Positions 39,591 to 53,715 of a stretch of 64,000 nucleotides of DNA are shown here, piece by piece. A model generated the notes under the pieces. It saw nothing but the letters and a program-made list of their open reading frames with translations. It made no database searches and was not told the DNA's origin. Made by a program: the position numbers and the translations under genes. The first letter of the stretch is position 1. Every line of letters begins with the position of its first letter. Source of the DNA: Calcarisporiella thermophila CBS 279.70 (lineage: Eukaryota; Fungi; Calcarisporiellomycota); contig NW_027192193.1 in NCBI RefSeq assembly GCF_041956535.1, positions 1,045,192 to 1,109,191 of the forward strand, read 5' to 3'.

Positions 39591-39889
39591 TTCGCATGAT
39601 TTGCTTATTGCAAAGGAGATAGAGAGCGGATTAGCCACAGAGCAACTTCTGTTGTCAATGAAGCTCGGGACCTCAGGGATTCAAAATAAAATCGGGAAAA
39701 AAATGAGAAAAAAATAGAAACCCTCCCGTGTGGGAGCATTTTGGAAGGTGCTGTTTGAGAACGATCCACGTTTAACACAAATTAAGTTACACAAATACAT
39801 TGATAATGAAGATACTGACCGAGTATGATTTAGTGGAATGCAATCTAAACTCAGGCCAAGATATAGCAAGATATATTTACAGTCTATAA

Positions 39890-41716
39890 TTATAGAACAG
39901 CTTGAAAAATGGAGATTGCCCGATTAGCAATGCTGTCGTCCTCGTAATCCCATGTGAACTGTAATCCCGTTGCCCGCTCCTCGGGATCCTCGGGCACGCG
40001 TATACTCAAGCTATTTAACCTCAGTTCTGAAGAGCTGGCAACCTCGATCGAAACCACACCCTCCATTGCTCTCTGCAGCGCATCTTTAAGCAGGTGGAGA
40101 GCTTGATGTCCAGCGGAATCCCCATTGCCTAATAAAGCTGCCCTGTTGAACCGTTTAATTGTACTAAAGGTTAGCTTATGTCGCGGTAGAGCTGGATCGT
40201 CCACCGCATTTTCTGCCTCCAGTAGCTTCGGTCGCCCATCCCGCATAACTAATACCCCATGAACTTCAACACCCTCCGTTGGGCCTTCTGCCGAATATTT
40301 TGCAGCCATATTCAACGATTGCTTCAATAATTGTGTCGACACATCTACGGGAACTTTGCGCGATGTTTCTAAACTAATCGTTGTCCCATTTGCCGGGTAA
40401 AAGCAATCAATCCCGAATTCTTTGACTATTTTAGTCCGTAAAAATCCCATCTTATCCTTTTCACCATGCACAAGCACAACATTCCGCGGTTCGCATTGTC
40501 TAATGAGTTGCATAATGCCTTTTGCGTCTGCATGGGCGCTAAACGAAAGGTTTCTTACTTGCAAATTGACACGAATTGGGGGAGCGTTGTAATGGCCCTG
40601 TGGATCAGGAATCTCTTTGGCTCCTTTGAGAACTTTGCTGCCTACGGTTCCAGCCACGCAAAACCCGGGCATAATCACCATGTTTTTCGGGTCAGGTGCC
40701 CATTTCTTAAAGACCTCGAGGGATACTCCGATATGTAGCATTCCGGGCGTAGCAAATAGTACCATCGGTCCAGGCTGATCGGCATAGGCACGATCCCATG
40801 CAGATATGTGCTTGAAATCAAACATGTTTCGCTCCACGAAGGTGGATTTAATCTTCTCGTTCGTCCACCCTATGAATAGCTTGTAATAGTGATTTGCTCG
40901 CTCAGTTAGTCCCGCTGAGAAATAAATTGGCACTCGAAGGTCCATCCGCTCCCAGTAAGTTTCGAGAAGGATACACAATTCTTGAGCACGTCCAAGAGCA
41001 AACACAGGGATGATTACTTTTCCTCCTTGTGAAACGCAGTCGTGTACCTGCTTAATGAAATCGCGCTCACGGCTCCGTTTAGAATCGCGTATTGTTGTGG
41101 CATAGGTACTTTCAGTAATTAATACATCTGGCTGCACTTTATCAATCCATGCACTACCTAGGTGTCTATCAGGTGTCATATTATAATCACCAGTATAGAC
41201 AACTGATTCTTGACCGACCCGTACGTAGAACATAGCCGCTCCAAGCACATGACCTGCATAGTATGCTTTAATCTCCAGCTCCTCATCGACTTTTACCGTC
41301 TGATGCAAATTGACCGGAATAACTTTTTTCATACAGTCTTTGATATGCTGCGAGGTAAAAAAGTTGGTCTCTCCTTTACGATCCACTGTGATTTTACGGT
41401 AATCCTCGAGCAATAGTGGACAGATCGCCTTGGTTGGATGTGTCATATAAACAGGTCCATTATATCCACACATCTCAGTGAAAAAAGGGAGAGCTCCACA
41501 GTGATCGAGATGGAAATGTGATATAATAACACAGTCGAGCAATTCATCGAAATTCCCCTGCTTTGAAATATATGTGAAATCGGGAAAACGCCGTTCATCA
41601 TTATATCCCATGTGCATTCCACAGTCAAACATTATATTGCGGCCACCTATTGTCACCAGAACACAGCTACGACCTACATCCTGTCCTGCTCCTAAAGGGA
41701 CAATTTTGATCGCCAT
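39890..41716 (-). CDS. INTS11: Integrator complex subunit 11 (CPSF3L; MBL/beta-CASP endonuclease)
   Basis: [62 protein letters not shown]: INTS11-type rather than CPSF73-type signatures; intronless 608 aa. Confidence 0.93.
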   Translation of the reverse strand: MAIKIVPLGAGQDVGRSCVLVTIGGRNIMFDCGMHMGYNDERRFPDFTYISKQGNFDELLDCVIISHFHLDHCGALPFFTEMCGYNGPVYMTHPTKAICPLLLEDYRKITVDRKGETNFFTSQHIKDCMKKVIPVNLHQTVKVDEELEIKAYYAGHVLGAAMFYVRVGQESVVYTGDYNMTPDRHLGSAWIDKVQPDVLITESTYATTIRDSKRSRERDFIKQVHDCVSQGGKVIIPVFALGRAQELCILLETYWERMDLRVPIYFSAGLTERANHYYKLFIGWTNEKIKSTFVERNMFDFKHISAWDRAYADQPGPMVLFATPGMLHIGVSLEVFKKWAPDPKNMVIMPGFCVAGTVGSKVLKGAKEIPDPQGHYNAPPIRVNLQVRNLSFSAHADAKGIMQLIRQCEPRNVVLVHGEKDKMGFLRTKIVKEFGIDCFYPANGTTISLETSRKVPVDVSTQLLKQSLNMAAKYSAEGPTEGVEVHGVLVMRDGRPKLLEAENAVDDPALPRHKLTFSTIKRFNRAALLGNGDSAGHQALHLLKDALQRAMEGVVSIEVASSSELRLNSLSIRVPEDPEERATGLQFTWDYEDDSIANRAISIFQAVL

Positions 41717-41858
41717 AGCTAAATGAGCTTTGTTTCCAATGGAATTTAATCGTCCCTAGCGGCAAACCACTTATTAAATAAACTATAACCTAACCTAATA
41801 CTATCTCAAAAAGTTCATTCCAAAATTATTTATCGACTCGACGCGATCTCATTTTGCT

Positions 41859-44068
41859 ATGAAAGATTGCAACGAAACCAGAGATATAGATACTTTAATA
41901 ATCTCAGACCGGGATACTGATAGTGTCGTTGTAATTTCTGATTCTGACTCTAAGTTTCCAGCTTCTCCTTTGAATACACAATCACATTCGAGGAACCAAT
42001 CTCGCAGAGGCAAAAAGGGAAAACATAATAAACCAAAGATGCAAGATTCAAGTAAGAATTTGAGAGAATATATTACGCATAAGCGCCATAGTCACAGAGG
42101 AACTTCCACCGGACCTTCCTCAGTACAACATAAAACAGGTGATAATGTTGATTGGGGAAACTTAGAAGTTCATAATAATCTGGAGACCGAGAATATCAGA
42201 ACAGATAACAAAAGCAAAAAAAGACCGGTAGTTTATATATATTTTTTTTCTTAAACATTCTCTCTAATACATGTGCCCTTTTTTACTTTTATTCTCAATA
42301 GGCAGCGTTCCCATCGCAAAATATCCCACCCAAAACACGTCGAGTAGAAACTTTATCGCCCGATAATAGTAATAAAGGTGTGACGATAGCATGTTTTTTT
42401 TTTTCATTATGCAATATTTTCTCATCTATATCTACTTCTGCGACCACTAAAGGTAAATCCAGTCTTCAAGACAAAGCAGATACAAATACCGCAATCACAA
42501 CATCTCATGAAGTGTCACAAGCAACTAATTCTGCAATACCCACTTTAAAAAACGTTGCGAATAAAGAACAAGCAAACGAAGAATGGTCTAAATCATTGAA
42601 AAAAACAGCATCAATAGCATCTACGGATATTTTGAATAATTCACCACAAAGTTCCGCTCCTTTGGAGATCTTGCCAGCAACACACCATATCGTAATTCCT
42701 ACTGATGATTTATCAGGCAGATACCAGATTCGAGACCGGTGCGTAGAACTTTCTATTCACATTAATAATTGAGGAAACTCATAATCATTCACTCATTATA
42801 ACTTCATATTTTGTATAGATTTTTTCCTCATATTATACATATTTTGTTAGAGGACGCTCAAAGGTTCATTAAAAGCGAGGAATTGAAACTCGAATTGAAA
42901 TCTTTTCTCCTTACTCCTAACTGTAAACCTGGTAATTTCATGAGCTTGCAATTTGGATAGACACCGATTGTTTATTTTTAGTGCATCAAATGTAGGACCG
43001 GTCCTATCGAAATGTGACAACTGGATATTTCGTTGCTCCTTGATAACTATACTTCACGAATCTCCAATACCTAAAGTATCAATACTGTGTTTAGATCTCC
43101 AAAATGAAAGAATGGAAATTGCACTGGTAGATCAACCTACCGTGGACATGGTTAAGAACAGCGTAACTAATAAATGGGACTCAGCGGGTGAGGGATTTGG
43201 CGGCGGTGTACTGTTAAATCGAGTAATGTATGTGGGATTTTTGCGCGAAAGTGTTCTTTCTACTGGAGGTATTCCACGATCCAAACCTGCACAGCGTAAC
43301 ACCGCGGAAACAGAGTTTTCCAACGAGTCTCTCTGGGCGAAAGCAATTAGTATAATAGAGATTCCTAAGTGCAACATGTCCACAACATCTGCAATTATAC
43401 ATCACTCTCAATCATCCCTTCCTTATCCAACAAGTGAAATGCAAAACCAACACGCGGTGGGCGAAAGAGGACGGATTGAACATATGACGACAGATAAATT
43501 GGACGTTCAGGCACGGCTTGAGCTAGCAAATAAACTGAGTGTTACTGATGAAAAACTACAAAATTTAGACTTCTCGAGGAGTCAATCAGTACCTCCTTCA
43601 ACTACCAGCATGGCATCCCCTACAATCCATTCACTTTCACATAAAAACAATCTTGACCTCCCCGAGATACTAAAGTTTTTCGATGCACGTGTGCACGAGG
43701 TTGAAGCACAAAATATCGCCTTAAAACGCCAGAACTCGGAAATTTTGCAGCGCCTAGACCATATTGAAGAACGACATTCTCGCCAGTTAGCAATGCGAGA
43801 TATAGTTGCTCGCGAAATGGTACGCGAATATGATGAAAAACATGAGCGAACCGTATCCATGCTTCGAGTGCTACAGCACCAAAACAAGAGGACCGACGAT
43901 CTGTACAGGCGACGGCTGGCCAAACACCAGAAGAGAGAAGAGATGGAAAATATGAGGGCCGAAGAAGATGAAGAGAAATTTATTTGCCAGTATGGAGAAT
44001 GTCGAAAGGATTTTGAGACAATTGATGCTCTGCATGCACATATTGTTGCAGAGCATGTTCAATTCTGA
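41859..44068 (+). CDS. Hypothetical protein with coiled coil and C-terminal C2H2 zinc finger
   Basis: Multi-exon ORFs; C-terminal CQYGECRKDFETIDALHAHIVAEH. Confidence 0.6.
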
Positions 44069-44391
44069 AAGTTTCCAATGCCTTCAATTATCTTAGTAAT
44101 TAAAATTACTAAGTTGAGCTTTATGCTGCTTTAATTTAAAGTGTAACTGTGAATAGTTAATATTTGGTTCATCAAATATCTTGCGGTGTAAATAAATTTG
44201 TCCACTATTAATAATTCAATAGTTGAGGTTTTTCAATGTTATTATTCTCGGCGCAAGTATTTCGTATATTGTTTCAAGCACTTTCAAAATAGGAAAAATC
44301 TCGCTGAATACTCTTGAGATGAATGGATATAAAAATTGCGACCATTTTTATTCAAACAATATAACAAGATAACGTGAAATCCCCCCACAAT

Positions 44392-45703
44392 TTACTTTTG
44401 CAGTTCCCCTGCTAAATACAGTTTAGAAAGAGAAGGTCCCACAAATTGATTAATCTGCCGGCAGTACTGGTGAATCTGAGCGTTAATTAGCAGAGAATCA
44501 AGTCGTGAAGGCTCGGGGGGTATGCGGAACATCTGACTGACATCTTCCTCAGGAAGCGGAGGCAAACCCTGTGCTTGTCGCTGAACGTTTTCTTGCCTCT
44601 GAATAAAAAAAACAGCTTAAATAAGCAACATAAAGGAAAACAGGAGTTAAAGTAAAAACATACTCTCTTCTGCAGGTACTGTTGAATTTTGGCCTGCTCA
44701 CGAGCAACAGATCGCTGCCAATACTGGTGGTTGTTCTGATCACTTTGGTGCTCATCGATGCTCTCCATCAAAAGCTCCAAGTTTTTCTCAATATAAGGAT
44801 CAAGGGATAACTCCAACATGTCGAAGTTAGGCGCTAGGGGCGTGGGGAGATCATCGTCAGCACGTAGAGCAGAGGTACCTTCAATTGGCTGGCCAGTTTT
44901 AAGTGAGAGATCTTCAAGCTCATAAAGCATGGCTGTCAGCAGGTGGGAGTTGTGGATTTGAATAGGAAGCTCCTCGAAAATGTTGCTGAAATTGAGTTTG
45001 GCCTTAGCCAGACTAAAATGAAGATTGAAAGAGTGGAGTAAGGGTTAATATGCCGGTTATAAACTTCACCAAATATATATCATAATTAAATACCTCTCAG
45101 TAGTGAATTTCTTCTCTTTATATGCTTCCATAAACGAGTTTTTCAATCTGAAAGCACGCAATGACAAATTGCCTTGCGCTGAACGCGATACATCATGTAC
45201 GATTACAATGCTCTTGTTGCCCAATCCTTTCTGGTAGTTGAATTGTGTGTCGATCAAGGATTGATTCATGGATGAACCAAGATAAGTAGAGTAGTACCAT
45301 CCAACAGTATTGTTATCAACATTAATTTCACGAAGACACCGGAGCATATCGAGCTGATATTGTGCTCCATCAACATTTTCATCATCGTCTTCCTTGCTCC
45401 CTGGGAACGGGAAACAGTTTGTTACTTCAAGCACACCATCAACATCAAGGCCAAGGAGTTGACCAGTGACAGAAGATGGGAACGATTCACGACAATGCTT
45501 AATGATTTTAAGGACAACCTGTATCAAAAGAGCGAATTAAAATTAATCTAAAAAAGAACTTGATTGTAACTGCTTACCAGACCATCCAATTGTACGCTGG
45601 TCAGAGGAGTGGAGCCCTCCACATCTAAGGCGGCGGTGAAATTTTTTTCAGACAGCTTGCTATCTTTGCCCTTACCGACAGTTGATGATGCTACAGCGGC
45701 CAT
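44392..45703 (-). CDS. eIF3h: Translation initiation factor 3 subunit H (MPN)
   Basis: VVLKIIKHCRE, GQLLGLD, MLRCLREINVDNNTVGWY, GNLSLRAFRL, FEELPIQIHNSHL. Confidence 0.93.
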
Positions 45704-47588
45704 TTTTTTATCCAGTATAAACTTGATCAAACCACAAGTATTGTTTACAAAAAATAATCTAGCAATTCGCGAGGCGCAGTTATTTTAGATTCATATTTTG
45801 AATTATTTATAGAATTTACCTACCTCCATCAATCACATAAAATCATTAGGGATAAATCTGTTTAAATAAGAAGAATATTTCTTCCAAGGATTCATAACCA
45901 ACGATACCGCTTAATAATCATGGCTTTGTATCTTACTTCAGAAGCACGATAGTATTGCAATGTAGATAGATTCCAACTGATCCAAACTAATTCTTATATT
46001 GCTCGTTAAGAGACAATAGTTATTCATAATATCTGGAAGCCTTTGACCACACTTATGCTATTGGATAGCTCATTCTAAAAATACAACTCTCTCTTTTTCT
46101 TTTATTTATAATTGTCTTTTTTCTCATTTAAAAAAAGACTGACAAAAAATTGCCTAAAGCCCTTATCGAGCGCAAAACACGGTATTCTTTAGTAAAAGGC
46201 GAAAGAATAATATCGTTATGCTTTGCGCTCAGGCTCGTGAGTGAAGAAATATTTCAATGGAAGCTATTATGCTCTTTTATATTTATAGCTGAGTTAGAAT
46301 TATTGAAATACATAGCAAAACTGGATTTGAAATACTTATGGGATACGATAAATGAAAACAATGTTAGTAGCGTATTTGATTTATTAATTTTGATATAATT
46401 TACAATTGGCTTACTTAGGCTCGTTTTATTCCCTTATACCATTTATTGATTACTTATATCTTTATGGTTTATAACTTTATAGTGAATATTGAATATCGTC
46501 TTAATTTTCCAGGAGGTGTATTGTAAAATCAGCATGCTATTCAGATTAAAATTGTACTTGAATAAATGCATAGAATTTTCCAAACGGATCTTTAATTCAT
46601 CCTTTATATTAATAATTAGCCATTGCTTATAAAAAAAAAGCTTAATATTGTATTGAACATTGTACAAGAAAGCATTATATGATCAATAATTTAAAAGAAT
46701 CATGAATGTTATATTCTAGACTTCTAACTTTTTTCCAATTCATCAATTTTTTTCAAACAGGTCTATCCACTTTTACAAAAATTTAAATCTACATATCAGT
46801 CATAGAGCCTTACTCTTTGAATAGAATTAGTCGGCATAGCATACTGTATGCACAGATATTCTGAAATATGCGTTATAATGTCCATGGTGTATAATGGCGA
46901 AACGACTGTTAAATATTAACATAATTTGAAGTATTTAGCAGAGTTCAAATTCCTACATTTGGGTTTAATAACGTGTTTTGAATTAACACGCTGAATTCGC
47001 ATATATCAGTATAAAGGGAGGAGGCACTAGTTAGGAAATATCACTTTAGAAATACACTTTTTGCGTATAAGTTCTCAATTATTAATAATTTTGAAACGCT
47101 TTTATATATCAGGATGATAACACAAAATTGGGTGGTAATAAGCAACCAGAAAGTGTGTGGTTCCGCCACTTGTTTAAATGGCAGATCCATACGTACAATG
47201 TATTGAATCAATCAGTATTGGGAAAGATTATTATGGACGACATATATCTCTACACTATTAACTAGTTAGAGCGAGAGCGTTATAAAATTCTCTATATCCT
47301 GTTTTCTTTTCTCATTGGCTTGTTGTTGACTCCCGCGAAAATTGCTGTATATAAAAACACGTACATATATGAATATCATTGTAATATATGAATTTCTTCA
47401 TGCAAATTAATGTGGGGATGAATTAAAGTCGAATAGTCGTCACTGCTATTTCTACCTAGATTTCTTCAGTTTAAGTCCTATGTCAGAGAATTAGGTTGGG
47501 GACTAGACTATACTTTCAAATGCCAGCATTTCTCTAAGTAATTTGGGAAAATTAACTAAGATTCAATTAGCGAGGACGATTCTACTTA

Positions 47589-50500
47589 ATGGCTCATTTA
47601 AAGCCTTCTCGCCCTTTAAGCCTCCAGCAGCAAACGATGCGTGTCGCGTCAGAGAAAGATGGGGTTGTTCGCAGACTACGCGAAGAGCAACTTCTCAAGA
47701 ACGAAGCAGCAGCACGTGAATTCATTGAAAGAACATTAGATATACGTCTTAATGAAAATTTGCAACAGGCTCTTAAAGATGGTACTGTACTCTGCAAGTA
47801 AGTATTTTAGGGATTGAAATCGATATCAATTACGAAACTGATTGAAACTGATTTGTGTGCATAGTTTAGTAAATGCATTGCGACCCGGCACGATCCCCCC
47901 ACGAAAGGCAAAGACTATGGCGTGGGAGCAAGTAGTTTGAAGTACAATTTGAGATTGCAATTGCAAAAATCTGATGTATTTTTGATCATCATAAATTAGT
48001 TGGATTCAATTAATTTGTTTCTCAAAGGTGCTCAACAGATCGGATTAAAGAGTTCAGAGTTGTTTCAACCTCCAGACCTTTTCGAGGACAAGAATATGGT
48101 ACAGGTAGTAGCTTGGTATTTAATTTCAATGATATGTGAACACGTAAAAATTGATAAAATTTAAAGGTGGTCAATACTCTTTTAACTCTTGAGAGGCTCG
48201 TTACCAGGAATCAGCCAATATCCGCTAGCAGACGACAACGTTCATATTCCCAAGTACAACTGCGGAGCAACCATAGCTACACTAAAGAGTTCCAGCATGA
48301 GCTTCAAGCAAATTGTCTCTCACCTTCTCCCTCTTCATCTTCCTCTTCCTCCTCTTCGCCATCCTCCTCTCCCCCACCCTCGGGATTAAAGAACTCTCGC
48401 GAAGCTAGCAATGATGCAGAAAATCAATCCCGTCAACCATACAAAAATCGACGCCGTCTAATATCTTTTCGCCACAAAGAACTTTTTGGTTTAAGCACTC
48501 CCAGAAAGAGCCAAACTATGACCGAGATTGAAACAGAGGCATCAAAAGAAGAGCCAAGCACCCCAGCAAAACAACTACAGAAAGCAAATACGCCAAAGTC
48601 CGCACCGCCCCCTCATCGCATCTCACAAGTAGGAGCTTTACCAACAGAACTAGCAGATGTATTGGCGAACACGCGGCACAAAAACACGGCCCCACGCGAG
48701 GTTTTACGATTATATTCAGAGAACGGAAAACTATTATCACAATATGTAAATACATTTCTTACACCTCCATCAAGTTCACTCATACAATATTTATTTAGCA
48801 AATTGGCAACTGCATTGGAAGGGGACAATTTGGTGCCGTTTATAGGTATTTATTTTAAATTTAGCCTGTTAAACCGAATTTTTATTAACTAGCTCGCATG
48901 TATCTTTTAGGGCTTTGAACCTCGGTACTGGGCAAATGGTTGCTGTGAAGAGAATTAAATTAGATAAAGACAATGAAGATCAAATCGATTCTGTGATGGT
49001 AATCAAGCTTTTATTTTCAATATATATAATACCATACTGGATAATTAATTTCTGTTCATAACATTAGCAAGAAATTGAGCTACTCCAAACACTTTCACAT
49101 CCGAGCATTGTAAGATACGAAGGTTTTATAAAATCTGGTGGATATCTTAACCTAATATTAGAGTATATCTGTGCTTTCAGATTTTATCGTATATATTGAA
49201 AGCTAATAGTATATTATTTAAAGGTACGCGGAAAATGGGTCCTTGCTGAATGTACTCAAAGCCTTTGGTAATCTGCCAGAGAGATTAGTCGCTTCTTATA
49301 GTGCAAGAATATTGGACGGTCTGATATATTTGCATGAAAAACAGGTTAGTAACTTGAGATATGTTGTCTCTGATTTTGTAATAATAATATCATAAAACAA
49401 AGGTTGTTCATTGCGATTTAAAAGCTGCGAATTTACTCACCACGAAATATGGAAACGTCAAAGTGGCAGACTTTGGAGTTTCTCTTAACATGAAGTTGCG
49501 TCATACTGAGGGCGACAAGATGGCAGGAACCCCTTACTGGAGTGAGCTTTCCTTTTCTATTAATATGTATGAGCGAGGCTTTAACTTCTTATATATAGTG
49601 GCGCCGGAAATTATTGAGCTGCGTGGTGCGTCACCAAAATCTGATATTTGGGCATTTGGGTGCACCATCGTTGAACTAATAACAGGCTCACCTCCATATT
49701 CTGATATGTCACCGCTTTCGGCAATGTATCGCATAGTGGAGGATCCGAATCCACCAATACCTACTAGTGTGTCAAACGTGAGCACTTAACAGATTTTGTA
49801 GGGTTATTATAATTTAATGATTCACTCGTATTTTAGGAGCTCCGTGATTTTTTATTGAAGTGTTTCCAAAAGGACCCAGTAAATAGACCAACGGCAAAGG
49901 AGCTCCTACAACATGCTTGGATCAAGAAACACTGGGATCCCAAGGTACGCACACAATCTCAAGGAAAGAGAATAGACCATTTTGCAAATAAGATATATTT
50001 CTATAGACTTTAAGTCGCAATGAGAGCCTCTCTTATAGCGAAAATTTTCGCCGGAAACAGGTCGATACATCAACAACTACTCTTCCTGAGTTTACGCCTA
50101 CCCCTCCTCGAAGACGATGTAGTACATCGGATTCACCGACAAAGGAGCTTTCTGAGAAACCAAAGACACCTTCACCAATGCGGCATTCAGCCGATCTCTC
50201 TGCTGCTACTGCCTGCCTCTCCCTTAATTCGAACACTTTGCAGGAACATCGACTCGTGAAGACAAGTTTTGATAAACGTAAGCAAAACTGACTTTCTCCA
50301 TAATGAATTGGTATACCAATAATTACTTTTTAATAGTGATCGAATGTAAAATCTGTAAGCAGTTGATGAAGAAACATGCTGTCCTCTGTGAAGGTGAGTT
50401 GTCCATTATTGGGAATATAGAACAAAGTATTTATATTTTTCTATATAACAAAGTTTGCGGCTTAATATGCCATGAACGATGTATCGCTGGACAAGAGTGC

Positions 50501-50811
50501 CAGCATCGGACTACCATTACACAAGCAAGTTTATTTTATTTTCGAAATTTATGAATTTATTTACTAATTGACTTATATAGGCTGCGTTGCCCTCGACAAT
50601 ATCTGATTCGGCTATTATGCTTTCGAGCTCGGAGAGATTGCCTTCTAAGACTCATACTAGAAGTGTTACTAAAATGCAGAGCAGTTTAGAGGAGCCACCT
50701 AGCTTCTCAATCTATACAGGGGATGGTTTAGAGTCTAAAGAAAGGCGACGACGAAGACTAAGAAGGAGAGAGCGAACAAAAAGTGAGGGAAAAGACTGCT
50801 CCTTCCAATGA
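47589..50811 (+). CDS. CH domain + Cdc15/SepH-like STE kinase + C1 domain, ending in CAAX
   Basis: LQQALKDGTVLC and ELFQPPDLFE (CH); IGRGQFGAVY, HCDLKAANLL, ADFGVS, AGTPYW, APE (kinase); CKICKQ...CGLICHERC (C1); ends KDCSFQ*. Confidence 0.88.
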
Positions 50812-51038
50812 GCTGTTTAAATGGAGGACTTTTGACCTTGGATTTCTTTGAATGGCAGAGAAATCATTTATACCCTTACATTGTTCTCACCTATTTTACG
50901 CATCAAAATATCCAATAATATATATAATCATCCATTTTCACATATGACTTCCAGAAAAGGAAACGGACTTGTGGCAAACCACTTATCTAGAATTTCAGAA
51001 AGAAATAGCCTGGTATTTCTTTTAATTACATCATACTA

Positions 51039-53544
51039 ATGGATGAGACTGAAAGACTTTTGCCTCGGGAAAACACTCTACCTTCCCCTTCTGAAATCGC
51101 GACTGTTATTCGTAAAACGGTTTATACGATAAATGCACTTATCACCGTCCCTATAAAATCAGGTGCTTTACTCTACTTCAATGAGGACTTAATCTTTTAG
51201 CTGATTTCATCAGTGACTAGGTGACATACTGCGACCACAAAAGACGCCGATTTCGGATCGAGCTGTAAAATACATACACAGCCTAGGTGGTGATGCTTCA
51301 GTTTATTGTGCATTGCGAGCAATAGGAGAGTTCAGAATTTTGGCCAATGCTGACTCTGCCAATTTCGAATTATTCCAACAGAGAGCCCTCGGGTGCCAAT
51401 ATTTGGCCAGGAGTTTGTAAGAAATCTACACGTTATATACGCCCTGTGTCATCCCTTTACCAAAATTTCGATTTCTTGGTTGTTTAGGCTGCATACGTAT
51501 CAAGATAAAGAAACGCTATTTCTTCGGGTTCTTACCAATCGGTTTGGGACCGACTTGGACGACAAAGATGATTACGAGAGTGGTAGGCTACATTTATATG
51601 ATTCTCCTTGTATCGCTATTATTGACACATTAGACTGTCAAATTTCTTCGCCGCATTTATTGTTTAGCATTAGAATTGGCGGTCTCCTATCATGCAACTG
51701 CTTTTCTCTCACATCCCTTGGTAATGCAATGCGTGTTTGCACTTTGGGACGGTACTCTCATGTTGAACGACGATGAAGAGCATGAGGATTTCATATTTTA
51801 TCGGAAATTGCACGACAACTCCTTTTGGAACCGCGTGGATCCTATTCGTTTGGTAGTCCCAAAGTATCTAATCTATTTTTTTGTTATTCAGACTTTATTT
51901 CTTATGCTCTTTTTTTGCTTCTTTTAGATATATGAATGCAATCAACCTATTTATTTCATTTCTCTATCTTGCCCTTTTCACTTGGGTTGTTAACGACCGG
52001 CGAAGTTATCCTTCCGTTGCTGAATGGATGCTTTACGTGTTCATTGCTGGCTACATATTGGTAAAATCTTCGCTAATTCATCTCACCAATGTTATTTCCT
52101 AACATACTATTAATTTAATGCAACGCTTTATTAGGAGGATATTCGTCAACTTTGGAATGAATGGAGGTTTTATTTCCGTTCGATTTGGAATTGGATCACA
52201 ATCGCATTGAATATTCTTTACTTAACCTCATTTTGCTATCGAATGTATGCGCTATATGGGAATCATAATGTAATCATTTTCTTCTATAGTACCATGCTAT
52301 CAAACTGGCAATCTTAATTTGCTCTTTATAGGATATGGCTCATTACAACGACGTAGCTTACGACGTGTAAATAGAAAATATGAAAATGCTTTATATGAAG
52401 CTTTTTTAATTTGAAAATTCCATACGTATAGCCTAGCTACATCTGCCATCTTTCTCTGGATTCGTGTATTGTCCATTCTCGATGGCTTCCGTTTCTTCGG
52501 CACCATGGTGCTCATTCTTCAAGCAATGTTGAAAGACGGATTTCTATTCTTTTTCATGGTCAGCCAAGTGTTTAAAATCCACATTGAATGGCTGAGAGAA
52601 CTGAGAATTTCTCTTTGATTTACAGCTTGCCTGGGTATTTATCGGGTTCGCGCAGTCATTCTATGCACTTGGTGATGACAAAACGGAATTGAAGGGGGTG
52701 GCAGAAATGTTGGCTAGAGCATTTTTCCAGGACCCCGACTTCGATAAAGCAGAGAGCTATCATCTAGTTCTTGGTCGTGGACTCTTTATGCTCTACATGC
52801 TGATAAGGTGAGTGGACGTTTTTCCTTGTTAAAGCTGAAACTAATGAGATATTCTATTAGCTCCGTTATCCTCCTCAATCTGTTAATTGCACTCTTTAAC
52901 GATTCTTATCAGGTAAATGAACGCGTTAGCTTGGGATTCTTTATCAACTGATTCAAAACATTTTTTCACTTTAGAACATTGTCGAGGGGGCCAACTCGGA
53001 ATACTTTTGCTTTTTCACCTTTAAAGTTATACGATACTTAAAGATTCCTGATCACTATCCTTTTGCTCCTCCTTTCAATATAATCGAGATCTTCCTGATT
53101 CTTCCGCTAAAGCCTTGCATTTCCAAGCACACGTATCGCCAAATAAATCGCATGGTGTTGATAGCAATATTTTGGCCAGCCCTTTTCGCCATAGCTTCAT
53201 ACGAGATACTACAGCTTCGGATATCAACCCTAAAAGCTAGACCACAAGAGCAAGATGGCGTAGGAAGAGATCGAGCAAACGATAATATTATTCATTTGGG
53301 TAGACAGCAATTTGGTTGGGATATGCTCACGCGACCGCTGGTTCATAATTCGATCGTGTTTTTGAATGAGCTGGAGCAGGGTGTTTTAGATGAAGAGATA
53401 CGCCTAGCATTGTTTGGAGAAGACGATGGGGATGGAGGAGAACAGACAAAAATAATGGTGGAAAAGCTCTTGGATTTGGTGCAAGAATTGAGAGAAGACC
53501 AGAAGAAACTGAGAGCAGAGGTAGAGCGATTGGGGAAGAAGTAA
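51039..53544 (+). CDS. Fungal TRP cation channel (Yvc1/TRPF-like)
   Basis: FLSHPLV..ALWDG, RLVVPKY, LLNLLIALFNDSY, YPFAPPFNIIE; many introns. Confidence 0.85.
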
Positions 53545-53715
53545 TTTACTTTGTGTATTAATATATTTTCGAAGAAATAAATGCATTTTTCATAAACTCC
53601 AATAAAGGCAGTCACATTTGCCCTCAACAATTTTAATCACGAATAAGCGCGTAAACAAGGCAGCTTCGAGATCAAAGGGACGACTCCAAGAGATCGGAAT
53701 AAAAATCCCAAGAAA

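Noticed and set aside
47505-47540. AGACTATACTTTCA...CATTTCT resembles the 5' end of vertebrate U3 snoRNA
   Set aside because: Box A is not intact, there are no B/C/D boxes, and the sequence runs into the kinase ATG ~80 nt later; probably chance.
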